Shown here: in pieces, positions 23,401-34,900 of the stretch
How the letters are laid out: every line of letters begins with the position of its first letter
Position numbering within the stretch: position 1 is the stretch's first letter
NCBI GenBank assembly: GCA_004431415.1
Contig: QPMI01000152.1
Coordinates: forward strand, 1 to 64,000
Length of the DNA stretch: 64,000 nucleotides
Direction: 5' to 3'
Source of the DNA: Cyanophora paradoxa CCMP329
Lineage: Eukaryota > Plantae > Glaucophyta
Program-made: the position numbers and the translations under genes
Notes under the pieces: generated by a model
Database searches by the model: none
The model's input: the letters and a program-made list of their open reading frames with translations, nothing else
Told to the model about the DNA's origin: nothing

Positions 23401-26248
23401 CGCCATGTCGCGCCCCTCCTCCAGGCCCTCGACCTCGGCGTCGGACCAGACCCAGCGCCCCTCCAGGAAGTTGAAGCGCAGCGCGCTCCGCTCCTGAAGC
23501 ACCCGCAGGAACTGCAGCTGCGCCCACACGGCCGAGGCGGCGCCCGCGCTCGGACCGGGCCGGAGCCGGAGGCCTAGGCCTGGGGGCCGCGCGCCGCGCC
23601 GCACCGCGTGGAGCGGGTTGCCGTTGGTCTTGCGGAGCACGATGGAGGCGAGGGAGGCGATGCGGGCGTCGCCCTCGGGGGTCCCCATCTGCCGCCCGCG
23701 TCGCCCGCGATCGCGACCGACGGCGGCGCGGCGGGGCGGGAGGGGGCGGGGCGGCAGGGGGCGGGGCGCACGGCGTCGGCGATGAGGCGGCGGCACTCGT
23801 CGAGCCCGATCGGCGCGAGCTGCCAGCGCGGCCGCTCGGGCGGCGTCCAAACGGGGCGGGAGGGGCGGGGAGGGCGGACGGTGAGGTCGACGTCGTCGGG
23901 GCAGGCGCGGCGGGCGAGGAAGTCGCCGGTCGGGTGCCCCGCCCCCGCCTCGCCCTCGCGCAGGGTGAGGCAGAGGAGCAGGGGCACGCCCCCGGCGAGG
24001 AGGTGCTCGGCCAGGCTCAGCGTCTCCTGCTCCGCCCACTGCACGTCGTCCAGCAGCACCACAACGGGCCGCCACCCCGCCCGCCCCTCCCGCCCGCCCC
24101 GGCCCCGCCGCCAGCGCCTGCGCGCCCCGCGTCGCGTCGGCGCGGGGGAGCGGGGGCGTCGGCCGAACCTGGAAGAGGCGGGTGAAGACGAGCTTGAAGC
24201 GCGCCTGCGTCTCCGAGGGCGGCAGCTCCGGCAGCGGCGGCAGGCCCTGCGCCCCGCTTGAGCCCTCGCGATCGGCGGGGCCCCGTCTGCGGCCGGCGCA
24301 CCGATCCGAGGAGCAGCTTGGCGGCCGGCGCGACGTCGACGAGCAGCCGCGCGTTGTCCTGTGCGAACGCTCGGCGCCGCGCACGGACCGAAGCGGATCC
24401 GGAGGCGGCGGGCGGGCGGGGCGCACGCCGAGGGACTCGAGCAGCGCCGCCCGCCAGCGCTCCGCCTCCGCCGCCGGCTGCGCCAGCAGCTGCGCCCCGC
24501 CCGCGCCGCCTCGGAAGACGGCGCCGGGGCGGGGCGGGGCGGGTCGGGGTCGAGGGGCCGCGCCTGCCCGACGAGGTCGTTGAGGGCGCGGAACCAGACG
24601 CTGTAGGGCCCCGGTTGTACTGCGCCCCCGCGCCCGCGCTCGCGCTCGCGCCTCTCGGCGGGGCGGGGCGGGTGGGCGGGTGGGGCGTGCCTGGTCGGCC
24701 TTGCCGGCGACGAAGAAGGAGGCGAGGCCGTCGGCGAGGGCGCGGCGCCCCACCTCCCGCGCCAGGTACGTCTTCCCCGAGCCCCTGCGCTCGCCGTGAG
24801 CCGCCTCGCGCCCCGCGCGCCCCGGGCCGCGTGCAGGGCGCACGGGGAGCCGCGGACGACGACGAGGGGGGGCGGGAGCGTGGCGTGGAGGTGCCGGCAC
24901 GCCGCCAGCGCCCGCTGCAGGTCCGCCCCGCGCCCGTACAGCGCCCTTCCGGCAGCACCAGCCGCGCCCTAGCCCGCCAGTGAGCCGGCGGAGGGCGGGG
25001 GTGGGGGGGGGATAGAGGGGGTGGGGGGGGGGTGGGGGGGTGGGGTGGGGGTTGGGGGGGGGGGGGGGTGGGGGGGGGGTGGGGGGGTCGGGGCGGCGTG
25101 GCGCGCCGGTGGTCCTTAGCGCCGAGCGCGAAGGGCGCAACGTCGCCCGTCCGCCGCAGCTCCTCGCGGCAGCTGGGGCGAGGGTCGGCCCGAGCGGGCT
25201 AGAGGGCCCGGGGCGGGCGGGGCGCACTGGAGGAGGTCGTGCATAAGGCCGTAGGCGCTCTGATAGCGCTCCGACGGCGCCTTCGCCAGCAGCCGCTGCG
25301 CGCCCCGCTCTGTCAGCCCCGTCGGCCCGGGCGGGCGGGGGGCGCGGGCGCCGACCTCGACGATCGCCTCGACGGGCGGCGGCACGGCGCTGTCGTGCGC
25401 GCGCAGCGGCACCGGCCTGCAGGCAGCGGCCCCGGCCTCGGCGGCGGCGCCGGGCGGGGCGGGGGCGGGGCGGGCGGACCGCTTTGCGAGGTGCGCGTGG
25501 ATGACCTCGATGGGGTCGAGCCGGCGAAGGGCGGCCGCCCGCCACCATCTCGTACAGCACCACTGCCGCCCCGCGGCCGTCGGCCCGCCCCGCCCCGCGC
25601 CCCGCCCGCCCGCCCGCCCGCCCGCCCGGGCGGCCCCGCGCACCCCCGTGAGGTACAGATCCGACCGCTCGTCCGGCCCTGCGAGAACGGGCGGCCTCGG
25701 CCTTTGCCTCGGCGGGGCGGGGGCGGGCGGGGCACCCTCGGAGGCGCCCATGCGGCCGGTGAGCTCCGGCGCGGCGTACACGTACGGGTCCAGCGAGGCG
25801 CCGCCCTCCCCGCCCCCGCCCGCCCTCCGCCCCGCCGGCCCCCACCCGCACCTGCACCCCTGCCGCCCCGCCCCGCCCCGTCGCCCGGGCCGGGCCGCCG
25901 CGCGGGGGCGCGGGGCCGGGCCCACCGGCATCGCCCCACGTGACGAAGATGCTCCGGGGCTGCAGAGGGGGCGTCGGGACGGGCGGGCGGGCGGGAGGCG
26001 GGCGAGTGGGAGGCGGGCGGGCCTGGATGGCGCGGAGGAGGAGGCGGCGGTCCTCGGCGGCGAGCCAGGCCTCGCGGGCCACGCCGACCGCCACCTCCAG
26101 CGCCTCCGCCAGCCCCAGCCGGCCCCGCTCCAGCGCCCTGCCCCGGCGCGCGCGCGCGCGGCCGCCCGCTCTCAGCCGGCGGCGGCGACAGCGCTTGAAG
26201 GGTCGGGTTCAGCCTGGCAGGTGCGCACTGTCTCAGGCTCAGCCGCAT
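14462..26248 (-). CDS. Hybrid sensor histidine kinase: degenerate Ser/Thr kinase - AAA/P-loop - helical region - GAF - PAS - HisKA - HATPase_c - pseudo-receiver - receiver (many introns; start approximate)
   Basis: Kinase C-lobe YAAPELTGRM, DERSDLY, RLLAKAPSERYQSAYGL; Walker A GSGKT (~24770); Walker B VVLLDDVQWA (~24050); TNGNP; GAF GVKSILALPITHQ|GRVVGCLYLENRLLRGAFT; PAS VLHNAHDAIVTL..SANPA; H-box THDLRTPLNG; N/G boxes SNAMRYT, DTGPGI, GTGL|GLAI; receiver VLLVDD..MILLD|VEM|PVCDG..FTKP. Confidence 0.9.
21360..21760. repeat. About 400-nt G/A-rich low-complexity tract inside a long intron of the kinase gene
   Basis: Nearly pure purine on the + strand. The flanking exons join as PDLFGLIPAR|CLLISLQYG. 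Confidence 0.75.
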
Positions 26249-27149
26249 GGATTGAGCCGCGGTTCGGTCCGGTCGGGTCAACGTTCGGCGCGGGCGGGAG
26301 CTTGGGCGCCCGCGGCGCCGGCCGCGCCCGGGAATTGTCACCGGCGCGCTCGTACACGCATTTGCATGCAGCCTGCAGCTGCAGCTGTTTATCCCGTTGG
26401 TTCGGGCTCACTGGCTCAGTTCATCGGGAGCTCCGAGCTGAGTACGAGTTCGCCGCGCGCGGTACGGTACAGCTGCGCCGCGGCCGTTACAGCTCGGATC
26501 ACCGCTGTTCGATGCAATCGCGACACGACGAAAGTTACGGGGAGCTGCAGCCGGCTTCGATTGCCAGTCCTAGGTTGAGCTCCGACAAACTTGCCAGCTT
26601 AGGGCGACGCTGGCGCTGCAGCTGCACCCCGCTGGTTGCTCCGGGTATCGGTGATCCTGACTGACGTCGACTTGGTGAGAGGCGTCCGACTCCAGAGTCC
26701 TCCGCGGCGCCCGGCCCCAACTGCAATCAGCAGGTGTAAGGCAGCAGGGGGGTACTCAATCCTTACATGGACGATGAGTCGATGACCGTCCGAAGGTTGG
26801 AACTTCGAATCCGGAAGTGGCCGCCGGGCAGCTTGATCGGACGCTGCTTAAGCTTGAGGAGCCTCGAGCTTGGCCATGGAGGCGCCCAGGCGGCCGCGCG
26901 CCTACCGGTAGCCTATATATAGCTAGGCCTGGGACTCTAGGCTGGGAGGCTTTAGCTAGCGCTGGGCCGGGCGCCGCGCCGGCATCGGCGCGGCGGCGCG
27001 GCGGCCGCCGGGGCAAGCGCTGCCCGGCGGCCGCGGCGCCGGCCGCGATCGTTGCAGTCCGACGCGTACGGTTGCATGCATATGCAAATGCGGGCGGACG
27101 GTCGCAGCTTGATCATGATCGCGAGCTCCGTGGTCGGATCCCAGTCGAG

Positions 27150-28013
27150 CCGCAAGATTGAGCTAGCTATAGCTATAGCATGCGCAGGCTTAAGCACTGC
27201 AGCTGGCAGCGATTTTTACCGTAGACCCGCCTCCACACGCGCCCGGTGCACATGTACTTGCAGACCGAATAGAAATTTCAAACTAAACGAGTGCGGTTCT
27301 CAGAGTCTCGCCTGTACAGAAAATAGATAGCGCGCTCAGACGCGGCCGCGGGAGTCGCGGGCGGCGACGAGGCGGTGCACGAAGAGCGCCTGCGCATGCG
27401 CCGGCGCCCGTGATCAGGCCTCGCCTGCAGCTGCAGCTGGGCCTCGCCCCGGCTCCGAGGCTCCGCAGATTAAAGCTCGAGCGGGGGGCGGGGCCGGGGC
27501 CGGGGCGGGGCGGGCCTCGAGGGCGTTGACGGCGGCGATGGCGGCCGTGAAGAGACCCGAGCGCCACGCCACCCGCCGCGACCGCAAGATTGAGCTAGCT
27601 ATAGCTATAGCATGCGCAGGCTTAAGCACTGCAGCTGGCAGCGATTTTTACCGTAGACCCGCCTCCACACGCGCCCGGTGCACATGTACTTGCAGACCGA
27701 ATAGAAATTTCAAACTAAACGAGTGCGGTTCTCAGAGTCTCGCCTGTACAGAAAATAGATAGCGCGCTCAGACGCGGCCGCGGGAGTCGCGGGCGGCGAC
27801 GAGGCGGTGCACGAAGAGCGCCTGCGCATGCGCCGGCGCCCGTGATCAGGCCTCGCCTGCAGCTGCAGCTGGGCCTCGCCCCGGCTCCGAGGCTCCGCAG
27901 ATTAAAGCTCGAGCGGGGGGCGGGGCCGGGGCCGGGGCGGGGCGGGCCTCGAGGGCGTTGACGGCGGCGATGGCGGCCGTGAAGAGACCCGAGCGCCACG
28001 CCACCCGCCGCGA
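27150..28013. repeat. 432-bp direct tandem duplication (27150-27581 / 27582-28013)
   Basis: Both units start CCGCAAGATTGAGCTAGCTATAGC and end CACCCGCCGCGA, and appear identical by eye. Confidence 0.95.
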
Positions 28014-29602
28014 GAACTCCCCCGCCTCTGCCCCGGGCCCCGCGACCAAGCCAAGGAAATTTCAGCTTCTCCAGAATCTTGAGTCGTAGTGCATGCGCAG
28101 CGTCATTAAATAAGCGCACGGCTCCGGAAGCGCTTCTCGCGCAGCCGGTACGTCTCCTGCGATCATGATCAGGGCGCGAAAATCAACTAATGGAATCTGC
28201 GCAAAATTAATTTCGCGGGCCAAATTAAAGACCTGGGTCTGGGTCACGTTTCGCAGCCGGTACCAGATGAAATCCACGCTCCTGCTCGCGGCAGTAATTA
28301 TAAAAATTCAAGGACGCTCGGGTCATCTAGATCTGCGCTGCCCCTCGCGCTCCCCATGAGGTTGGCTTCTTCATCTGCATGCGCGAAAAATCAAGGAGGA
28401 AGCAAAACAAAGAACGAGACACTGAAGAAAGAATTCCGTCGAAAACTAGCGCGTTCACCGGAGAACTCGTGGCGGAGGGAGACGGCGCCGGGGCCGCGGG
28501 CGGGGGCGCCGGCGGCCTGGTCGCCGGGCGAGGAGACGTAGAGGTGGAGGTGCACCAGCTTGCTCGACATCGGCGACGCCGCGTTGCTGCGCGCGCGGCC
28601 CGAGTCAAACTGGAGGCAAGGGACCCCGAGCGCGAGCGCCGGCGCGCCTGAAGAGGATCGAGTGCGGCCCCGCCTGGCGCGCCTGCGCCACGAAGGCCCC
28701 GTCCCGCCTGCCCGCGCGGCGCGCGCGGGGCGTCGATGTAGATTAAATATCGCCGCCTTCAAAAGCAGATATGTTTGCGAGCAGCGAAATTCTCGAAGGG
28801 CACCCGGTAAATTCGTACAGGACGACGCCGTTGGGATCCCTGCCGCGAAGACAGTCGTCACCGCAATTTATTGCTCGCTCAATTTGAAATGCGCGCCTGA
28901 CTTCCACGCGGGCATCCAGCAGGCCGCCCCTTGCGACCGACCTGCGTTTCGCGCACCAAATTAAAGCTTAGCCTCCGAATCCCGCTCTGGTCCAAAAAAT
29001 TGCAGAGTTCGAATTCAGACCAGGATGCCTCGATTTTGTCTCCGGCTTGCACTGCGCGCGCGCATGCCCCCGGCAAATTTTTTAAATCGAACGACCGTCA
29101 CCAACGATATCGATACCGCACCATCGACGTAGAACCTGGCCATGAGCGGCGTGATCGGATTGCGAAAAGCGGCCGCCGCAAAAACGTTCAAATTTGTGCG
29201 CAGACGGGGGCGGCGCGCGCGCAACGATGAGAGTTGCAAATCGAAGCCTTGAAGTCCTATCGATAGTCTACGTATGGCGTGCGCACGCACCACTCTTCGC
29301 CCTTTGGCTTCTGCAAAGCGAACGTCAGTCGTATTTTTGCGGCTAATTATGTAGAGCGCGTGAAGCTTAAGAGGAAGCGGGCGCGGTTGAAATTTCGGCC
29401 GCGGGCGGGCGCGCACGATCTCGAAAGAGAGCCGCTTGAGCTCGCCGGCATCGCGCGGGCCCGGCCCGCGCGTGACGCCGACCGCCATCACGAGCCCCGG
29501 GCCCGGCGGCGGGTGCGCGCTCGAGGCGAGCGCGGGGGCGAGCAGGAAGGCCGCGCAGAGCCCCGCGGCGAGGATCCACCGCAAAAACGCGCTCGGACTC
29601 AT
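27768..29602 (-). CDS. Putative divergent p24/emp24/gp25L (GOLD-domain) family membrane protein
   Basis: Signal peptide MSPSAFLRWILAAGLCAAFLLAPALA; GOLD-like end CLQFD...SSKLVHLHLYV; coiled-coil WYRLRNVTQTQ|ETYRLRE; then SRRVAWRSGLFTAAIAAVNALE|ALFVHRLV TM and a short tail. This matches the p24 layout. Middle exons are not fully resolved. Confidence 0.5.
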
Positions 29603-30597
29603 TTCCGTGGTCTGCGAGGCGAGCGGCTGCAGATAGATCTAGACCGTCGGAACGCGCACGCTTGCGAAAATGGCCTCGAATTAACTACGAGATCGCGAGC
29701 GGTGGTGATGATTCGCCTGCGCTGAAGGTTGATATTGCTTGCCCTGCTCAGCGGCTTGCTCTTGTCAATTTTCGCGCGCGGCTGCTTGCCAAAAGTTGAT
29801 CACAACTCAGCGGCTTCGATCTGGTGGTGATGGATGAGCCGTTATTCGTGACCGGAATTAACCGCCGCGATCATGATCGCGAGTTTGGAGCGCGAGTTCA
29901 AATATTAATTCGATTTCCCCTCTCCCCTCTATATCTAGATCTCCTCCTCGAACTGCCGGCGCCGGCGCCTCTCCTTATCACACTTCGTGTCAAGCTCTCC
30001 CCCTGAAAACCGCCTCTCCCCGCCCCCCGTACGCGATTCGCGCATCTGCCGCAGCTTCGATCAAATTTATTCGCCGCCTGCAGGAGGCCTCCATCGCATC
30101 CCGATCGCGTACGGGGGGCCTCTGAGGGCCCGGGCGACCGTCGGACGGAAGCCGCTTCCGCGGTGGATGGCCATGGCGGGCTGGGCCCATATGCATGAGC
30201 CGGCCCGCGGCGGAGCCCTGTTTCTAAAGCTTAAGGGGCCGGGAGGAAAGTGATATCATGAGTCACAGTGAGCCGGAGCCCGTCTCAGGCTCATGATCTC
30301 ACTTATAGCTATATAGCTATAGTGAGACCCGTCGCGTTGTAGTTTTGTCTTCAGCCTAGGGCTGTTTGTGTCTCTAAGCGGGCAAGCCCCATAAACATAG
30401 CTTAGTCACACACTCTGCGTGTATTTACAGCACACAAAAACGGCGAAACCCAATTCGAAATGCATCGCGCAAGAAAATGGCGAGCTCTGTATACGCAATA
30501 ATTACAGCTGCAGCTGGCGGGATCGGCGACTCTGAGGGGGCCCCGGGCCGAGAGGGGCCGCGCCGCGGGGCCGCAGGTGCAGGGACTCGCTGGCGTC

Positions 30598-31789
30598 TCA
30601 GAGCTTGTTGAGCTTGTCGCGCATGGAGCGGACGGCCTCTGGGTCGCAGACGAGGCGGACGTACTCGTCGCTGCCGGGGCGGCCCATGGGCACCCCGGGG
30701 GCCCGGTGCTCCATCTTGGAGGGCACGGCGTGGCGCGCCGAGGCGTGCACCTGCGAGACGCCCGTCGCCCGCACCACCTCCTCCACGTTCCCCGGCGTGA
30801 TGCCCGCCCCCGCCACCACCTCGATCCGCCCCGCCGCCTTCTCTGCGCCCCGCTGAGCTCGGGGGGCGGGCCCGGGGGCACGGCGCGGGGCGCGCGGGGC
30901 ACCCTGGAGGGCCTTGATGGTGGCGGCGCCGGCGAGGGCCGATTCCTTCTGCCCGCTCGTGAGCACCCGCCGCACCCCGATCCGCACCAGCGCCTCCAGC
31001 GCTGCTCAGGAGCTCAGGCGAGGCGCGGGGGCAGGCGGGCGGGGCGGGGCGGGGCTCGCCTTCGAACGGATCGCGCGTCAGGTCGAAGGCGCGGTGGAAG
31101 CAGACGGGGAGCGGCGCCGCCATCTTCACCAGCTCCGCCGTCCGCGCCGCGTCCACCCGCCCGTCCGCGGAGAGGATCCTGCCGGCCGCCCCCCGCGTCA
31201 GAGGCCGGCCGGCGGCGCGGGAGGGAAGCGGGGGCGGGGGCGGTGGCGGGGGCGGGCGGACCCGACGGCGAAGCCGCGGGCGCCGGCGGCCTTGGCGTGG
31301 TCGAGGTCCTTCTTCATCACCTCGAACTCCTCCGGCGAGTAGAGGAAGTCCTGCGCGGCGCCCCGCGAGCTCAGCGCCGGCGACCCGGCCGCGGGCGCGC
31401 GCCGCTCTAGATCTGCCGCGCGCTGGGCGCTCCCTAGCTCGCTCCGTGCATCTAGAGCGACGATCGGGTTCGCGTATGCAGCGCTGCAGCTATCTGGCAA
31501 GGCCGGCGGGCGAGATATCTCACGCACTCCAGGCCGCGGCCGGATCATGGCGACGACATCCGCGTCCGGAAGACGCGATGTGACGAGGCTGAGGAGCCCG
31601 TGCGAGGGAGTTAGACCTGCCGCATGCGCAAGCTCAGCATGATCGGGCAGCGAAAGGGCCAGCTCAAGACCGACCTCCCTCTGTCAAGGCACTGCACAGC
31701 TCAAGTCGGTCCGCTCCTTTCTTGTCCGCCGCCAGCGCCGACTCGACCGAGTCGACACAGATCTCCAGCGCGGGCACCTCACTAGACAT
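30598..31789 (-). CDS. CUTC: Copper homeostasis protein CutC
   Basis: Spliced [38 protein letters not shown]|GLTPSHG..MIRPRPG|[35 protein letters not shown], all hallmark CutC motifs. Confidence 0.95.
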
Positions 31790-31918
31790 TTCTGATCGGT
31801 ACGCGTGCGGTGTATGTGCCCAGGTTGATACGACAGAAGGATCGCAGGCCGATCTGTTTGCTGGCTCGCGGGGTACAAGAAGCCCGAAACTCTCTACCCG
31901 GGCAAAACGCGCGGGAGA
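31790..31918. promoter_or_regulatory. Probable bidirectional promoter between CUTC and C2CD3
   Basis: Only 129 nt separate the divergent ATGs at 31789 (-) and 31919 (+). Confidence 0.55.
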
Positions 31919-34900
31919 ATGCCCGAGCCGCCGGGCGAGTTTGCCGACACGGAGGGCATCTCGCTGCCGCCCGAAGTTGGCGGAGGTGCCTCCTCTCGCC
32001 TCCTACTCGTGCCGGCCGGGCCGGTTCAAATCGTCGCAGATGTCCGCGGCGAGCTGGTGCTCGAGCTGCGCGGGATTCGCTGGCTCGACGCATCCCGCAG
32101 CAGCAACGCACATGTGCGGTTGAAGTTCTGGGGCGAGACGGGCGTCGGCCTCTTGCTGCGGTTCGAAGCTCCCGCCCGCACCTACGGAGCCTCTAGCTTG
32201 GGCTCGCTCCCCTCGCCGGCGATAGCTGACAGGGGTCTCGTCGATGCCTGCGCAGCCACGGAGGCCCCGGGGCGGCGCCTGCTTACGCGGGACGGCCGCG
32301 CGCCATTTACCCAATCCGCGTGGGCCCCAGGCAGCTCAGCCGCTACTTCCAGGGTGCGGGCTAGCTTTGGATCAAGCCGGATGCGGTGGAGCTAAAGCCT
32401 CGCGGCGCGGGCGCGCAGACATGGACATGCTGAGCCTGGACGTGGTTGACCCGGTTACGCACCGCATCGTCGGGCGCTGCTCCATCCCCATCCGCGAGCT
32501 GGACGGGCTTCGTCCCCTGGCCGGGTGCGCGGCGATCCCAAACGCCGCCGCCTTCGGCCCCGCTCAGCGACGCCGTTGCGCGCAGCGAGTTCCCCATCGT
32601 GAGCGACGAGGGCCGCGAGCTGGGCCTCCTCGACGTCGGCCTCTTCCTGCACTTCCGCGGCGGTCCGCTTGCGCTCTCCCGCCCCTCCGTCCGTCCGCGC
32701 CGCTCACGGGACGAGCGCAGCGGAGGCGCGGGTGGACCCGTCGCGCCCGATCGCCCCCTCGGCGCGCTCCTCGTTCGCCCTCAACGAGGAGCGCGCCGCC
32801 CGCGACGAGAGCCTCCCCCTCCTCCCGTCCCCGCGCTCCGTGGCCCTCGCCTCCCGCCGCGCCCGCCGCAGCCCCTCTCCGCCCCGCCGCCCCGCCTCCT
32901 CCCCGCCCCGTCGCTCCAGCTCCCCGCACCGCGGCTCGCCCGGGCGCGGCTCGCCGCTGCGGACGATGCGGGAGCGCGGGGCGCCGCCGAACGGGAAGCT
33001 GGGGAGCGTGCTGGAGCGCGGGCGGCGGCTGCGGGACGAGATGCGGCGCTCGGCGCTGGACCTCGGCGGCCTGGAGGAGACGCTCCTGCGCTCTTCCAAG
33101 GGCAAGCAGGCGGCGGAGGCGCTGCGGGGGCCGCGCGGCGGCAGCCCGACGCGCGCCTCGGCGGCCTCTCTGGCGTCCCTGCGGGGCTCGGCGGAGCGGG
33201 TCGGGAGCGGCTCGTTCCGCGACCTCTACCTCCAGCGCCGCATCTCCGACGACGAGGAGACGCTCAGCGCCCGCGGCGGCCCCGGCGAGGTGCCCCGCCC
33301 CTCGCCCCCGCCCCCTGCCCGCCCCGCCCGGCCGACGCTGGCGCAGGAGGACACGCTCCTGGACGAGCTCTTTTTTGACAGGGTGGACGAGCGCTCCTCG
33401 GCCGCCCGCGACTCCCGCGCCGCCCGCGAGGTCGCCGCCCGCCACGACCCCATGTTCTCCCCGCCCGTCCGCCCCGCTCCGCCCCTCCGCGACCCGCTCC
33501 ACCCGTTTGACGCCGCTGCAGCACATCGCGACGACGACAACGGCGGCGGCGGCGGCGGCGGCGACGCCGGCGCGGGAGGAGCGGCGGGCGCTGCCGGAGG
33601 GGTCGCCGGTGGCGGGGCGCTACCACGCGGCGGAGGAGGGCCTGCGGCGGGAGGCGCGCGGGGACGAGCGCGCTGCGGACCTCTCGCAGGTCGCCGTCGT
33701 CCGCCTCGCCGTCGGCAAGCTCGTCCTCACGCACCGCGAGGGCGCCCCCGGGTCCGAGTCCCCGCCCCCCCTCGCCCGCCCTCCTCTCCCGCCTTCTTCG
33801 TCGAGCCGCGGGCAGGCCGGTGGCCTACTCGCTGGACTACGCCTTCCCCGTGAACCTCCCGCCCGAGATCCTGCCGGCCCACCGCGCCGACGCCGGCCGC
33901 GTGACCTCCCCCGAGACGCCCGAGCTCGCCGTCAGCTTCGGGCACCGCGCCGAGCTCCCGCTGCGCCTGGACGAGACGCTGCTCGCCGCCTGGTCCCGCG
34001 GCGCCCTGGAGGTGAAGGTGACGGCCTCGGCGGGGCAGGAGGCGCGCGAGCTGGGGCGGGCCCTCCTGCCCCTCTCCGCCGTGCTGCGCGCCCCGGGCTT
34101 CAGCTTCGCGGCCGGCCTCGAGGTCGTCGGCCCCGTGCGCAAGATGGTGCAGGACGCGGCGCCGGCGCCGGCGCCGGGCTCGCGGGGCCGGGCGAAGAAG
34201 CGGGCGGCGCCGGCCAAGGCCGTCCTCGTGGACGAGGTCGTCGGCCGCCTCGACATCGCCATCGACCTCCTCCGCCGCGCCGGCGCCGACGGTCCCGCCG
34301 GCGCCCCCGCCCCCGCCGGCTACCCGGGTCCCGCGAGCCCCCCCTCGGCCTTTGCGGGCTCGCCGGGCGTGCCGGCGACGCCGAGCGAGGCGACGCTATC
34401 GCCCTCGGCGCTCCTGGCGCAGCCGGAGGGCCTCCCGGCGCGCCTGCGCGAGCCGGTGCAGCTCTACCTCTTCCTCGGGGAGGCCCGCGGCATCCCGCCC
34501 CGCCCCGGCGGCCTCCCCCGCAACGTCTACGCCCTCTGCAAGCTGCGGCAGGACCGGAGCCGCTCGCCCGTCTACTGGGGCTCCAACGACCCCCTGCTCT
34601 CCTTCGAGCGCGTCGTGGAGATCGCGTCGCTGGAGACGGAGGTGGTGCTGGAGCACCTGCGGCGGGAGTGGGCGGTGGTCGAGCTCTGGGACCGCCACGG
34701 GCCCGAGTACGAGGAGCTCCTCGGCATCGTCAAGACGCCCCTCGCCGGCCTCGCCGCCTGGTTCAACGGCTGCGCCATCGAGCCCCTCCCGGGTCCGCCC
34801 CGCCCCGCCCCGCCCTGCCCCGCTCGCCCCGCTCACCGCGCTGACCGCGTCGCGCTGCAGGGAGCGGGATGCGGCGGGTGCTGGGGAGTCCCGAGGACTC

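Noticed and set aside
24400-25560. Several frameshifts in the kinase and AAA exons (e.g. GRPPFAGLDPIE, GRLYGR) suggesting a pseudogene or programmed frameshifting
   Set aside because: They are single-base losses in C/G runs clustered near a pure G tract, and the rest of the gene is intact. Consensus sequencing error is most likely, though this cannot be proven here.
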